Assembly (NCBI RefSeq): GCF_004010195.1
Contig: NC_057751.1
Span: 14,727,951-14,791,950, forward strand
Length of the DNA: 64,000 nucleotides
Direction: 5' to 3'
Source of the DNA: Chiloscyllium plagiosum
Taxonomy: Eukaryota
The first letter of the stretch is position 1, and the number at the start of each line of letters is the position of its first letter. Position numbers and translations under genes: made by a program. This document shows positions 37,879-51,074 of the stretch, piece after piece. Below the pieces are notes generated by a model that was not told the DNA's origin, did no database searches, and worked only from the letters and a program-made list of their open reading frames with translations.

Positions 37879-38378
37879 NNNNNNNNNNNNNNNNNNNNNN
37901 NNNNNNNNNNNNNNNNNNNNNNNNNNNNNNNNNNNNNNNNNNNNNNNNNNNNNNNNNNNNNNNNNNNNNNNNNNNNNNNNNNNNNNNNNNNNNNNNNNNN
38001 NNNNNNNNNNNNNNNNNNNNNNNNNNNNNNNNNNNNNNNNNNNNNNNNNNNNNNNNNNNNNNNNNNNNNNNNNNNNNNNNNNNNNNNNNNNNNNNNNNNN
38101 NNNNNNNNNNNNNNNNNNNNNNNNNNNNNNNNNNNNNNNNNNNNNNNNNNNNNNNNNNNNNNNNNNNNNNNNNNNNNNNNNNNNNNNNNNNNNNNNNNNN
38201 NNNNNNNNNNNNNNNNNNNNNNNNNNNNNNNNNNNNNNNNNNNNNNNNNNNNNNNNNNNNNNNNNNNNNNNNNNNNNNNNNNNNNNNNNNNNNNNNNNNN
38301 NNNNNNNNNNNNNNNNNNNNNNNNNNNNNNNNNNNNNNNNNNNNNNNNNNNNNNNNNNNNNNNNNNNNNNNNNNNNNN
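37879..38378. other. Assembly gap of exactly 500 N (other gaps: 16206-16225, 16795-16965, 48233-48280)
   Basis: Run of N; a round size suggests a scaffolding placeholder; flanked by oppositely oriented SINE pieces. Confidence 0.98.
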
Positions 38379-38670
38379 AGCGCCAGGGACCCACGTTTGA
38401 GTCCCACCCTGGGCGACTGTCTGTGTGAGCTTTGCACATCATCCCCGTGTCTGTGTGGGTTTCCTCCAGGATGCTCCGGTTTCCTCCCACAGTCCAAAAG
38501 ATGTGCGGGTCAGTTGAATTGGCCATGCTAAATTGTCCATGGTATTCGGTGCATTAGTCAGGTAAATGTAGGGGGATGGATCTAGGTGGGTTACTCTTCG
38601 GAGGGTTGGTGAGGACTTGTTGGGCTGAAGGGCCTGTTTCCACACTGTAGGGAATCTAACCTAATCTAAA
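38379..38670 (+). mobile_element. HE1-type SINE (5' end in gap)
   Basis: SINE core and aatcta tail. Confidence 0.8.
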
Positions 38671-39322
38671 ATCTGCAGTGCAATGAACAAACTTAATTTT
38701 GCTCAAACTAAACATGCAGATACAAAGCAGAATGGTTAACTCTCAACTGCCCTCTGGACAGGGAGGGCGGGGTGATAAATGATACCCTAGCCAGTGATGC
38801 CCTCATCCTGTGAATGAGTAAAAAACAACTTATTGGTTAACTAGTAAATTAAACTACAGGAAAGGTACTTTCCTATTAACTGTATAATGTACTGAAAATG
38901 ATTTCTGCTGTGTTTATCACATCACACTGCCAGTGGACATGTTACCTTGTAGATTAAATCCCTAATTCCCAGCCAGCATTCCAATTGCATCCCTTCCCTT
39001 GGTCACAACAGGGTAACTCTTCAGTACCACCTTTAAAGTTCCTTTATTCAGTCTTCTGAGTGTCATTGATCTGATATCCAACAGCGAGGTCCCCACTGGT
39101 CTCGAAATCTCTGCAAGCCTGATCTCTTGAGGCAGGGAATTCATTCTCACCAGCATTCTTTTTGGTTGAGGACAAGAATCATTGTTGCCCCTGTGTACAT
39201 CAGCAACATCTCTCGCTTTTCTGGTTTCTCTGAGTCTGAGAGTGTGTCTTTCTTTTGTTATGAGGTGTGAAAACTGCTTCATTTGAATGTTTTACCCCTT
39301 GGCAACCAAATTACATGGACCT

Positions 39323-39640
39323 GATTAGATTAGGTTAGATTCCCCACAGTGTGGAAACAGGCCCTTCGGCCCAACAAGTCTACACCGACCCTCCAAAGAG
39401 TAGCCCACCCAGACCTATTCCCTGGCTTTCCTCCCTGACTAATGCACCTATCACTGTGGGCAATTTAGCATGGCCAGTTCACCTGACCTGAACATCTTGG
39501 GAGGAAACCGAAGCACCCAGATGAAACCGACGCAGATACGGGGAGAGTGTGCAAACTCCACACAGACGGTTGGCCAAGGCAGGAATCGAACCTGGGTCCC
39601 TGGCGCTGTGAGGCATCAGTGCTAACCACTGTGCCACCCC
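39323..39640 (-). mobile_element. HE1-type SINE
   Basis: Reverse complement gggtggcacagtggttagcactg...ggttcgattcc. Confidence 0.85.
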
Positions 39641-40704
39641 TTTTATGAGGCTTTCTGCATTCTGGAGCATTACGTTTTATAATAAACTACAAAAGACCAT
39701 TAAAAACATTTTTAAAAGTCTTTCACTCAGAACTATGTGCAATCCATGGCCACAATAGCAGGTCAGAAGCTGAGAAATCTGTGGTAAGTAACTGCGCTCT
39801 TGATTCCCAAAACCTTTCCACCATCTGCAAGGCACAGGTCAGGAGTGTGATGGCTTTGTATGGTTCCAACAACACTCAGGAAGCTTGATCTAATTCAGAA
39901 CAAAGTAGCTCACTTGACTGACACCACTGTCAACATTCAGTCCCACCACCACCAATACAGAGTGGCAGCACCGTCGAGGAGCTGCAATGAAGCAACTCAC
40001 CAAGCCTCATTTGACAACACTTTGCAAACTCACAATCTCTCCAGCCCAAAAGATCAAAGCAGCAGATCTGCAAGTGACACTGCTTTGCAAGTATATTAAA
40101 CCATTTCCCCCTTTGATGCTGGGTCAAAATCCTGGAACTGTCTTTGGGAACACTCAGCATATTCCTTCACTGCACAAAATATGGGCTTCACCTCAATAAA
40201 AATCAATGCTATTTCAAAGCCCTCTGGAGCCACCCCAAAGAGTGCTCGCCGTTAAAATTACAAAGCAAATGTCTTGTGATGGTGAATGAGGTGTTTTCTC
40301 AAGTATCTGTCTCAAGATTATTGTGTATTCAAGTGTGCTGCAACTGTCAGAAATGTATCTTCATTAACTCAGTGTTGGATGATTTTGGAAAGAAATGAAT
40401 AAAACTGAAGAGCATTGAACGTTGTGCCAAGTAAGCAGAATAGTTTGGGAACAATCGTCCCCATTGTGTGGCTTCCTCGGTCTTAGTACTGCCTGTGTGT
40501 CATGGAGAGATGGCTGGTACAACCTCAAAGGGAGGGAGTATCCCGGAGTTGCATTTGATTGATTTCATGCCCATGGAGAAAATGTAAGGAACTTTATCTC
40601 GAGATGAAATAAGCAGATGACATAAATTGTGCTTGATTTATGGAAGGATACTGTATTAGAATTCGTTGTGATTGTAAAAAAAAAGTTTATCAGTCCATCT
40701 GACT

Positions 40705-41012
40705 GGGCGGCACGGTGGCACAGTGGTTAGCACTGTTGCCTCACGACGCCAGAGACCCGGGTTCAATTCCCGCCTCAGGCGACTGACTGTGTGGAGTTTG
40801 CACGTTCTCCCCGTGTCTGCGTGGGTTTCCTCCGGGTGCTCCGGTTTCCTCCCACAGTCCAAAGATGTGCAGGTTAGGGTGGATTGGCCATGGTAAATTG
40901 CCCATAGTGTTAGGTAAGGGGTAAATGTAGGGGTATGGGTGGGTTGCGCTTCGATGGGTCGGTGTGGACTTGTTGGGCTGAAGGGCCTGTTTCCACATTG
41001 TAATCTAATCTG
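40705..41012 (+). mobile_element. HE1-type SINE, near full length
   Basis: gggcggcacggtggcacagtggttagcactg...gggttcaattcc...aatctaatct. Confidence 0.9.
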
Positions 41013-41659
41013 ACTGCTCACTGTTGAAGGAAAAAAGAAAATGCGCGAAATAGCATTTGTAAAGATGTTGACGGTGCCCTGCAGTGCGATCGGTGCATTT
41101 TGTGGTTTGGGTCAGAATCCCCAGTATGAAATGTCAATGGCGCCGAGCTGTTCCCAGCGTTCGCAGCGGTTCAGAAAGTGCCCTATCGGCACTATAGTCT
41201 CGGTGACTGAGCTGCTCCCGGGGGTGGACGGACACGCTCTGAGGCTGAGGGCATCGAGTGAGCGAGGTGTTCTGAGACCACGCACCTACCGTAGGTCACC
41301 AGGGGGTCAACTTTCAGGAGGAAGAACATTGCAAAGAAACAAAAGGAATTTGTTAGCAATGTTTGACTGGAAAGACTATGATAGCTTTGAGCTGCAACAC
41401 TTCTCTTTGAAGCAGCCAGTCTTGATTCGCTGACAATTCATGCTCGAAACTACGCCTTTGCCTTGGACTGATCCATTTGCTGACAAGAGCTGCTTGAGAA
41501 AACAGTCATTGGAAAGCTGTTGCAATGGATGGAAGGTGAGCATAAGATCCAGAAGTGAGCATAAGATTCAGCCTGCTTCATCATTTAATATGATCATGGC
41601 TGATTTTGGCATCAAATCCAGTTTATCTTCAACCAATGGATACAGGGAGAACTAGCCAT

Positions 41660-42748
41660 TTGGATACAGAAGGTAGAGGACAGAGGGTGGTGGTGGTGGG
41701 TTGTTTTTCAGACTGGAGGCCTGTGACCAGTGGAGTGCCACAAGGATTGGTGCTGGCTCCACTATTTTTCATCATTTATATAAATGATTTGGATGCGAGC
41801 ACAAGAGGTATAGTTAGTAAGTTTGCAGGTGACACCAAAATTGGAGGTGTAGTGGACAGCAAAGAAGGTGACCTCGGATTTCAACGGGATCTTGACCAGA
41901 TGGGCCAATGGGCTGAGAAGTGGCAGATGGAGTTTAATTCAGATAAATGCGAGGTGGTGCATTTTGGGAAAGCAAATCAGAGCAGGACTTCAACACTTAC
42001 TGGTAAGATCCAAGGGAGTGTTGCTGAACAAAGAGACCTCGGTGTGCAGATTCATAACTCCTTGAAAGCAGCGTCGCAGGTAGATCGGATAGTGAAGAAA
42101 ATGTTTGGTATGCTTTCCTTTATTGGGCAGAATACTGAGTACAGAAGGTAGGAGGTCATGTTGTGGCTGTACAGAACATTGATTAGGCCACTTTTGGTAT
42201 ATTGCATGCAATTCTAGTCTCCTTCCTATCGGAAAGATGTTGTGAAACCTGAAAGCGTTCAAAAGAGATTTACAAGGATGTTGCCAGGGTTGGAGGATTT
42301 AAGCTATATGGAGAGGTTGAATAGGCTGGAGCTGTGTTCCATGGAGCGTCAGACGCTGAGGTGTGACTTTATAGAGGTTTAGCAAATCATGAGGGGCATG
42401 GATAGGGTAAATAGACAAAATCTTTTTCCTGGGGTGGGGGAGTCCAGAACTAGAGGGCATAGCTTTAAGGCGAGAGGGGAAAGATGTTAAAGAGACCTAA
42501 GGGGCAACCTTTTCCCGTGGAGGGTGGTACGTGTGTGGAATGGGCTGCCAGAGGAAGTGGTGGAGGCTGGTACAATTGCAACATTTAAAAGGCATCTGGA
42601 TGGGTATATGAATAGGAAGGGTTTGGAGGGATATGGAACTCGATGCTGCCAGGTGGGACTAGATCAGCTTGGGATATCTGGTCGGCATGGACGAGTTGGA
42701 CCGAAGGGTCTGTTTCCGTGCTGTACATCACTATGAGTCTATGACTCT
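41660..42748 (+). mobile_element. CR1/HER1 LINE 3' portion (RT remnant)
   Basis: SGVPQGLVLAPLFFIIYINDLD...KFAGDTKIGG...WQMEFN; ends ctatgagtctatgact. Confidence 0.9.
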
Positions 42749-43134
42749 TTCTAAAATTTACTCAATGATCTGGCATCCACTGCACTCTGGGAGTGAATTT
42801 CATGGATTCATGACTATTTCAGAGAAATGATTTCTCCTTATCTCTGTACAAATCTGCCACCCCTATCGTAAAACTATGACCTCTCACTCCAGATTACCGC
42901 ACACAAGAGGAAACATCCTCTCTGCATCTATGTTGTGAATCCCCTTTAACATCGTAAAAACCTCAGTTAGAATTCCTCTCATTCTTCTCAGAGAGTATGG
43001 GTCGAAACTGCACAATCACTGGTCATAAGGCGAACTCCTCAACTCTGGAATCGATCGAGCAAGCCTCCTCTGAACTGCCTCCGATGCAACTACGCCCTCA
43101 GGTGAGGGGATGAAAATTGCACACAAAATAGTGG

Positions 43135-43410
43135 CAACATGGTGGCTTAGTGGTTAGCACTGCTGCCTCACAGCCCTGGTTCGATTCTAACCTTGGGCGA
43201 CTGTCTGTGCGGAGTTTACACATTCTCCCCATAGATGTGCAGGTCAGGGTGAATTAGGCATGCTCAATTGCCCCGTAGTGTTCAGGGATGTGTAGGTGAG
43301 GTGCATTAGGCAAATAGAGGGTAGGGGAATGAGTCTGGGTGGGTTACTCTTTGTAGGGTCAGAGTGAACTTGTTGGGCCTGTTTGCACGTTGTTGGGATT
43401 CTATTTCTAA
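43135..43410 (+). mobile_element. HE1-type SINE nested in a minus-strand CR1 fragment (~42750-43540)
   Basis: ggtggcttagtggttagcactgctgcctcacag...; CR1 sequence on both flanks. Confidence 0.75.
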
Positions 43411-44109
43411 AACTCCACGTGCGGCCTCACTAACGTCTTGTCCCGGTGCAGCAACACTTCCCAACTTTGTTAATCCATTCCGTTAGCAATAAGTGCCAAA
43501 ATTCCATTTGCCTTCCTAATTACTTGTTGAACCGACATAACTGGGTTGGTGGTTGAATGCTCCAAGAGTGAAAAGGCCAACTTTGTCTTATTTTCTTTCA
43601 GAAGGGCTTCCAAAAGTCGCCACGTCGCGGTTACACAAGGGAGCTGTCCATAATCGGAGCCACCGAGATGTAACTGATGGAGAAATGACGAGGAGCATGG
43701 GGTGGGTTTCTCGATAGGATGAGATGGGGAAAGTTGACTGAATGCCATTTCTCATCTATATTAACCTTTAATTCCTTGTTAAGATGAGATTGATTTTCAG
43801 GAATACAGTGCAGTATTATAAATATTTGTATCAAAAGGTTTTTGTAAGTTAATTTCATATTTAGACTGTAAGACAAAGGAACAGAAATTCGGCCAATCGG
43901 CCCATCAACTCTACTCTGCCATTCAATCATGGCTGATAGGTTTTTCAACCCCATTTTCCTGCTTTCTCCCCATAACCTTTGATCCCCTTGGCAATCAAGA
44001 GCCAATCTATTTGTCTTAAATATACTCAATGACCTGGCCTCCACAGCCTTCTGTGGTAATGAATTCCATAGATTCACCACTCTCTCTCTCTTTCTAAGTC
44101 TCTCCTTAT

Positions 44110-45154
44110 TGTTATGATGCAACGTAACCCCTCCTGCTAATTTAAGCCAGCAACACAGAAAAGATTTACCCCATGCGGTAATCTGTTAAAACTTGAGAGA
44201 ACTATCCCAAAGGTCACTACTTAAAGTAAAAATGAACAACTTCATTTTTAAAAGTTTAACAGAGAATAATTAATTCACAACTATTTACAACTCCTTTCTC
44301 TCAATGATCTTTTACCTTTCCCTCTACAATACTAGTCCAATAATCCGCCCCCCCCCAATTAAGATTTATCAAAGATTCAAATTTTGAAACTAGCCAGCTG
44401 TCGAATTTTCACAGGTCGTTGATGGCTAAAGGTACCTATAAGAGAGCTATTCTGTGGGCAGTCGAATTTTCACAGGTCATTGATGGCTAAAGGTACCTAT
44501 AAGAGAGCTATTCTGTGGGTAGTCGAATTTTCACAGGTCATTGATGGATAAAGGTACCTATAAGAGAGCTATTCTGTGGGCAGTCGAATTTTCACAGGTC
44601 ATTGATGGCTAAAGGTACCTATAAGAGAGCTATTCTGTGGGCAGTCGAATTTTCACAGGTCATTGATGGCTAAAGGTACCTATAAGAGAGCTATTCTGTG
44701 GGTAGTCAAATTTTCACAGGTCATTGATGGATAAAGGTACCTATAAGAGAGCTATTCTGTGGGCAGTCAAATTTTCACAGGTCATTGATGGATAAAGGCA
44801 CCTATAAGAGAGCTATTCTGTGGGCAGTCTTCTTTTGTTGGTGGCTTGGCAGTTCTCTTCCCCAACTGTTCAATTTTCTCCAATCTTCTACCCCAAAGCA
44901 TTGGATCATTTCATTGGTTTTTAATATTGTCAATATCCTAAATTCAAACTTGATTGGAGGTTGATATTTTGGGGTATAATATAAACTGATTGGCCGAATT
45001 TGAATTTGTTTTTGTCTCCAGGCAACCCAGCCAGTACTAGCTGTTCTGAAGCAAAAGTTACATTGTAAATTCTCCAACACCCTGTGTGCCTCTGTAAGTC
45101 CTTGCCAGCTTTCAACTTACTTAAAGGTACAGTACCCCTGACACTTCCATAACA
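44110..45154 (-). mobile_element. Solo LTR (TG...CA) with 4-bp TSD TTAT
   Basis: ttat[tgttatg...cataaca]ttat; 7-bp inverted termini; CR1 sequence continues across it. Confidence 0.8.
44400..44829. repeat. 61-bp tandem repeat x7 inside the LTR
   Basis: gtcgaattttcacaggtcattgatggctaaaggtacctataagagagctattctgtgggca starting at 44400, 44461, 44522, 44583, 44644, 44705, 44766. Confidence 0.95.
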
Positions 45155-47759
45155 TTATCTCTGTCTAAAAGGTCTTCCTTTTACTCGAAGGCTGTACCCT
45201 CAGGTCTTTGGTTCTCCTACTAAAAAAAACATCTTCCCAACATCCACCCTGTCCAGGCCATTTTAGTATTCCATAAGTTTCAATCAGCTTCCTCTTCATC
45301 CTTTTAAATTCCATTGAGTATAGTCCCAGAGTCTCATAAACCTTCTCTGGACCCACGCCAAAGCCAATACATCTTTCCTGAGGTATGGACCCACAATTGC
45401 TCACAGTACTCTAAATGTGGTCTGACCAAAGCCTTATAAAGCCTCAGAAGTATATCTCTGCTTTTATATTCACGTCCTCTTCGAGATGAATGGCAACATT
45501 GTATTAGCCTTCCTCACTATTGACTCAACTTGCATGGTTACCTTAAGAGAAACCTGGACTAGGACTTCCAAGTCCCTTCTGATTTCTGAATTTTCTCCCC
45601 ATTTAGAAAATAGCCCATGTCTCCATTCTTCCTCCCAAAGTGCATGCCCTCACATTTTCCCATGTTGTATTTTATCTGTTACTTTTTTGCCCACTCTCCT
45701 AGTCATTCTGCAGCCTCTCCACCTTCTCAATACTACCTGCCCCTGCACCAATCTATGTATCATCTGCAAACTTCACCAGAATGCCCTCAGTTCCTTCATC
45801 CAGATCATTCATGTATGAAGTGAAAAGTTGTGATCCCAACACCGACCCTAGCAGAACACCACTAGTCACTGGCTTCCATCCTGAGAAGGACCCTTTCCTC
45901 AACAGTTTCTCTGCTTTCTGCCAGACAAGCCAAACTTCTATCCATGCCACACCTTGCCTCTGATACCATGGGCCTTTGCCTTATTTGGCAGCCTCCTGTA
46001 TGGCACCTTATCAAAGGCTTTCTTGAAGTCCAGATAGATGACATCCATTGGCTCTCCTTGGTCTAACCTGCTCATTACCTTCTTCAAGAATTCTAACAAA
46101 TTTGTCAGAGATGATCTCCCCTTGATGAAACCATGCTGACTTTGCCCAATTTTACCATCCACTTCCAAGTATTCAGAAATCTCATCCTTCATAATGGACT
46201 CCAAAGTCTTACCAACGACTGAGATTAGACTCATTGGCCTGTCTTTTGCCTTAAACAGAGGGGTTACATTCGTGATTTTCTGGTCCTCTGGGACCCTCCA
46301 CTACCTTTTCAACTGTCTCCCTAACAACCCTTGGATGTAGCCCACCTTGTCCAGGTGATTTATTCACCTTCAGGCCATTCAGTTTTTCCAGCACATTTTT
46401 AGTGACTGCTGCTGTCCTTATCTCTGCACTGTGACTCTCTTGAATGTTTGGGATATTACTCATGTCTTCCATCATGATGACTGACACAAAGTACTTATTC
46501 AATTCCTCGGCCATTTCCTTGTTCCCCCTCACTACTTCTCCAGCATCATTTTCCAGTGGCCCAAAGTCCACTTTTGCCTCTCTTTCGCCTTTCATTGATC
46601 AAAAGAAACTCTTGCAATCTTTCTGAATATTACTGGCGAGCTTACCTTCACATGTAATCATCTCCCTCCTTACTTCTCTCTTTGTTGCCCTCTGTTGGTC
46701 TTTGTAAGCTTCCCGATCCTCTGGCTTCCCATTCCCCTTCGCCACATTTCTGCTTTCTCTTGTGCTTTTATGCTGTCTCTGATTTCCCTGGTCAGCCATG
46801 GTTGCCTCATCCCCCCTTTAGTATGTTTCCTTTTCCTTGGGATGCATATCTGCTGTGTCTCTTGAATGACTCCCAGAAACCGCTGGCATTGCTGTTCCAC
46901 TGTCTTTCCTGCTGGGCCCCTCTCCCAGTCAATTCTACCCAGCTCCTCCCTCATGGCTCTGCAGTTGCCTTTATTCAGCTGTAATACTGTTACCTCTGAT
47001 TCCTCCTTCTCCCTCTCAAATTGCAGAGTAAGATTATGGTCACTGCCTCCTAAAGGTTCCTTCACCTGGAGCTCCCTTATCAAGTCTGCCTCATTGTCCA
47101 ACACGCAACCCAGTATTGCCTGGTCCCTAATGGGCTCCACCACAAGCTGCTCCAAGAAGCCATCTTGTAGACATACCCCACGTTCCTTTTTTCGCAACCT
47201 CCTACCAAGCTGGTTTTCCCAGCCCAACTGCATATTGAAATCCCCCCTTAATAACTGTAACCTTGTCTTTCTGAGACATCTTTTCTACCTCCTGGTGTAT
47301 CCTGTGCCCCAAATCCTGACGACTGATCGGAGGCCTGTTTTTCACCTTGGTTCGACTTTGTTTATTGCTCTTTGTTCAATTTTATTTTTTGCTAACAAGG
47401 CAACTGCACCCCCTCTGCCTGTTTTATTTGAGAGAATGTATATCCTTGGGATATTCAGCTCCCTATCCCGATTCTCCCGCAGCCATGTCTCCGTGATGCC
47501 CACCACATCATACCTGCCAATTCTGACCTACGCCACAAGTTCATTTCCCTTATTCCATTTCCTGATGTTGTACTTGTCACACATTTATCTCTCCGTGTAT
47601 CCATTTGAAATGAACATTTTAAAATTAATCTATTCTTTAGATTTGGGGAAGTCGGATGTAGGAAGATGGTGGTGAGCTGTGGCCGTTCCTTTGGTGATGA
47701 TGTTCCATCATGGGGAATCCATGACTCGAACTCCCTGCCAGTAAGATCGTTCAAGGATT

Positions 47760-48430
47760 GGACACTCTGGAGGCAGGAAGCATGTTCCCACTGATGGGTG
47801 AGTCCAGAACCAGAGGACACGGTTTGAAAATAAGGGGGAGGCCATTTCGAACAGAGTTGAGGAGAACCCGTCTTCACCCAGAGAGTGGTGGATATACAGA
47901 ATGCTGGGCCCCAGAAGGCTGTGGAGGCCAAGTCTCTGGATATTTTCAAGAAAGAGATGGATAGAGCTCTTAAAGGTAGTGGAATCAAGGGTTATGGGGA
48001 AAAGGCAGGAACAGGATACTGATTGTGGATGATCAGCCATGATCATAATGAATGGTGGTTCTGGCTCGAAGGGCCGAATGGCCTACTCCTGCACCTATTG
48101 TCTCTTGTCAATAGAAGTAGACACTGAATTCTGGTCTCCATCCTATCGGAAAGATGTTGTGAAACTTGAAAGGGTTCAGAAAAGATTTACAAGGATGTTG
48201 CCAGGGTTGGAGGATTTGAGCTATAGGGAGAGNNNNNNNNNNNNNNNNNNNNNNNNNNNNNNNNNNNNNNNNNNNNNNNNTCTGGATGGATATATGAATA
48301 GGAAGGGTTTGGAGGGATATGGGCCGGGTGCTGGCAGGTGGGACGAAATTGGATTGGGATATCTGGTCGGCATGGACGGGTTGGACCGAAGGGTCTGTTT
48401 TCTTGCTGTACATCTCTATGACTCTATGAT
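47760..48430 (+). mobile_element. CR1 LINE 3' fragments (two subfamilies; contains 48-N gap)
   Basis: [42 protein letters not shown]. Confidence 0.85.
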
Positions 48431-48849
48431 ACAAACAGAGAAAGGTGGGCTTTGAAAAATGCCAGATAAATAGTGTCATGAAAAGCAGGAAAATGGCAGA
48501 CATTGAATTGAATTGAATTGGCTTTATTGTCACATGTCATCAAACGAGTACAGTGAAAAGCAGAAAGTCACCTCTTACAGCGCCTTCTTGGGCGCACAGT
48601 TACCTAGGTACAGCTATAGTTACAGTCGCAGAATGGCACATTCCAAAGTCCAGGACTATGTGCTGATGGGCACAATAAAGGTTGGGGCAGCTGCTGCGAA
48701 GGTGCAGATGGGAAAAGCACCTGTCTGAGATCTTCCTGCTGAAGTTAATTGGGGGTCTGTTTCGTTATTGGACCCTCCTAGTGCCTCAGTGCATGGAAAT
48801 ATAGTCCTATATGTGTAAGAGACACCTTTGGGATACTCAAATATTTGTT

Positions 48850-49035
48850 TTGAGAGTGTGGTGCTGGAAAAGCACATCAGGTCAGGCAGCATCCGAGCAG
48901 CAGGAGAATCGACATTTTGGGCAATTCCTGATGAAGGGCTTGTGCCCGAATCAGCGATTCTCCTGCTCCTGCTGTGCTTTTCCAGCACCCACACTCTCGA
49001 CTGTCATCTCCAGCATCTGCAGTCCTCACTTTCTC
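48850..49035. mobile_element. Penelope-like terminal repeat family A, inverted pair, degenerate hammerhead
   Basis: gctggaaaagcac...ggcagcatccgagcagcaggagaatcg / ctgatgaagggcttgtgcccgaatc...gtgcttttccagc. Confidence 0.7.
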
Positions 49036-49467
49036 CCGGTTCGTTTTAACCTGACTGTGAAGCCTATTCCAAGGTTGCCTACCTTGAAGAAGTTCTTCTC
49101 CTCTCTCTACAAGGATCTCAGGGAGTCTGTCTCTCACTGCACCCCTCCCCAGGTCATCTCCTCTGCCCTGAAAGTGCATCTCCTGTGCTGCTGTAACCTG
49201 TGTGCCTCACTCTGTCTCAGGATCCTATGATCTGCCTGTACTGCTCGCAAACCAGGTTTCTCACTGTAGTTCGGGACAAGTGACTGCAATACATCAAATC
49301 AAGTTAATGCCCCCACTATCTCCACACCCATTTCCTTTAAAACTCTTGAGTGTAGACCATCAGGTCCGAGTGACCTCTCTGCCTTTAGTCCCATTTGTTT
49401 GTCAAATACTCTGTATCTCATGATAGAGACTGTGACGAGATCTTTCCTCCCATGAGCACATTGCTTC

Positions 49468-50235
49468 TCATAGAACATAGGAAAGTACAGCACAGAACAG
49501 GCCCTTCGGCCCATGATGTTGTGCCGAGATTTAATCCCAATGTCAAATGTAGTAACTTAACCTCTGCACCCCTCAACTCACTGCTATCCATGTGCATGTC
49601 CAGCAGTCGCTTAAATGTTCCCAATGACTCTGCTTCCGCCACCACCCCTGGCAACGCATTCCATGCATCCACAACTCTCTGCGTAAATAACCTACCTCTG
49701 ACATCTCCTTTATACCTTCCTCCTAATATCTTCAAACTCTGACTTCTCGTACCAGTCAATCCTGCCCTGGGGAATAGTCTCTGGCTATTGACTCTATCTA
49801 TTCCTCTCATTATTTTGTACACCTTGATCCGGTCTCCTCTCTTCCTCCTTCTTTCCAGACAGAAAAGTCTGAGCTTATTCAACCTTTCTTCATACGGCAA
49901 GCCCTTCAGTCCTGGCAGCATCCTGGTAAAACGTCTTTGCACCCTCTCCAAAGCCTCTGTATCTTTCCTATAGTAGAGCCACCAGAACTGGACACAATAT
50001 TCCAAATGTGGCCTCACCAGGGACTTGTGGAGCTGCAGCAAAACCTCACGGCTCTTAAACTAAATCCCCCTGTTAATGAAAGCCAAAACACCATATGCTT
50101 TCTTAACAACCCATCCACTTGGGTGGTAACCTTGAGGGATCTATATACTTGCACACCAAGATCCCTCTGTTCCTCCACACTGCCAAGAATCCTGTCTTTA
50201 ATCCTATATTCAGCATTCAAGTTCGATCTTCATCT
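49468..50235 (-). mobile_element. CR1 LINE 3' fragment
   Basis: [34 protein letters not shown]; (ttctatg)n-like tail. Confidence 0.88.
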
Positions 50236-51074
50236 TTGAGATGTTTATCGTGCCCTTCACTGGGAAGGACAATGCAAAATATTGGTTGAAGTTATCTACC
50301 ATTTCCTTGTTCCTCTTTACTAATTCCCCAGTTGCATCTTCCAAGGGTTCCATACTTGATTTAGCTTCCCTCTTTCTCTTTATGTACCAACCAGGTCAGA
50401 CCCTCGACCTGTCTTCACCTATCCCCACTTCACCACCCTGTCCCCGCCACCCCATTTATCTGCAGCTCCCCCCCAACACTCACACCCAGTCCGAAAAGAG
50501 GGTTACACTCGAAATGTTGACTTCTGCACCTCCTGATGCTGCCTGGCTTGCTGTGTTCTTCCAGCCTCCTGCGTGTGGTCTACCCTGTACAATTGCAGCA
50601 AGCCATCCCTGTCTCTTTGTTTATTGAACTAAGAGTCTCTTTGTTTGCTGAACTTGTAACACAGCACAATCTACAGGCGTCCGCTGTAGTGCTGGTGCTG
50701 AAGCTCAGTCAGCAGATGAGGAGTGCACATAAAATGCACACTTGTGCTCTCTCTGACATGGACCTATGGGCATGTCTTTGAAGTCCTTTCCATACAGGGA
50801 ACGCTGGGTGCCTGAGCGTGGGCTAATGAAGTGGGACAGGGGTCCAAAAGCTTCTGACGCTTCCAGAGAATCAGTGTCACTTTGCGAAAGTGTGACATTT
50901 TCAAATCTGGGAGATGATGTTGTCATGATTTCTTCAAAGCGTGGGGATGCGTGCAACCCACCATCAATTGTTTTATACTCGACGGAGATAAAACTGACTC
51001 TCCATGCAAATGCAGGAAAATAGACAATCATTTCACCCAATTTCCTGGGTCCCCTTGCCAGTTTGTCAAGTTAT

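Larger units (their letters stand above)
43866..47570 (-). mobile_element. Long degenerate CR1 LINE (endonuclease-RT), interrupted by an LTR
   Basis: ORF pieces FLEQLVVEPIRDQAIL...LGGSDHN, SQHGFIKGRSSLTNLLEF...[29 protein letters not shown]...KFADDT. Confidence 0.9.

Noticed and set aside
37580..38531. Long ORFs of 200-280 aa (also 16662-17375)
   Set aside because: They are open only because they run through N gaps.
40705..40780. tRNA-like sequences (tggcacagtggttagc...ggttcaattcc) at many positions
   Set aside because: Each continues into the SINE core and LINE-like tail; they are SINE heads, not tRNA genes.
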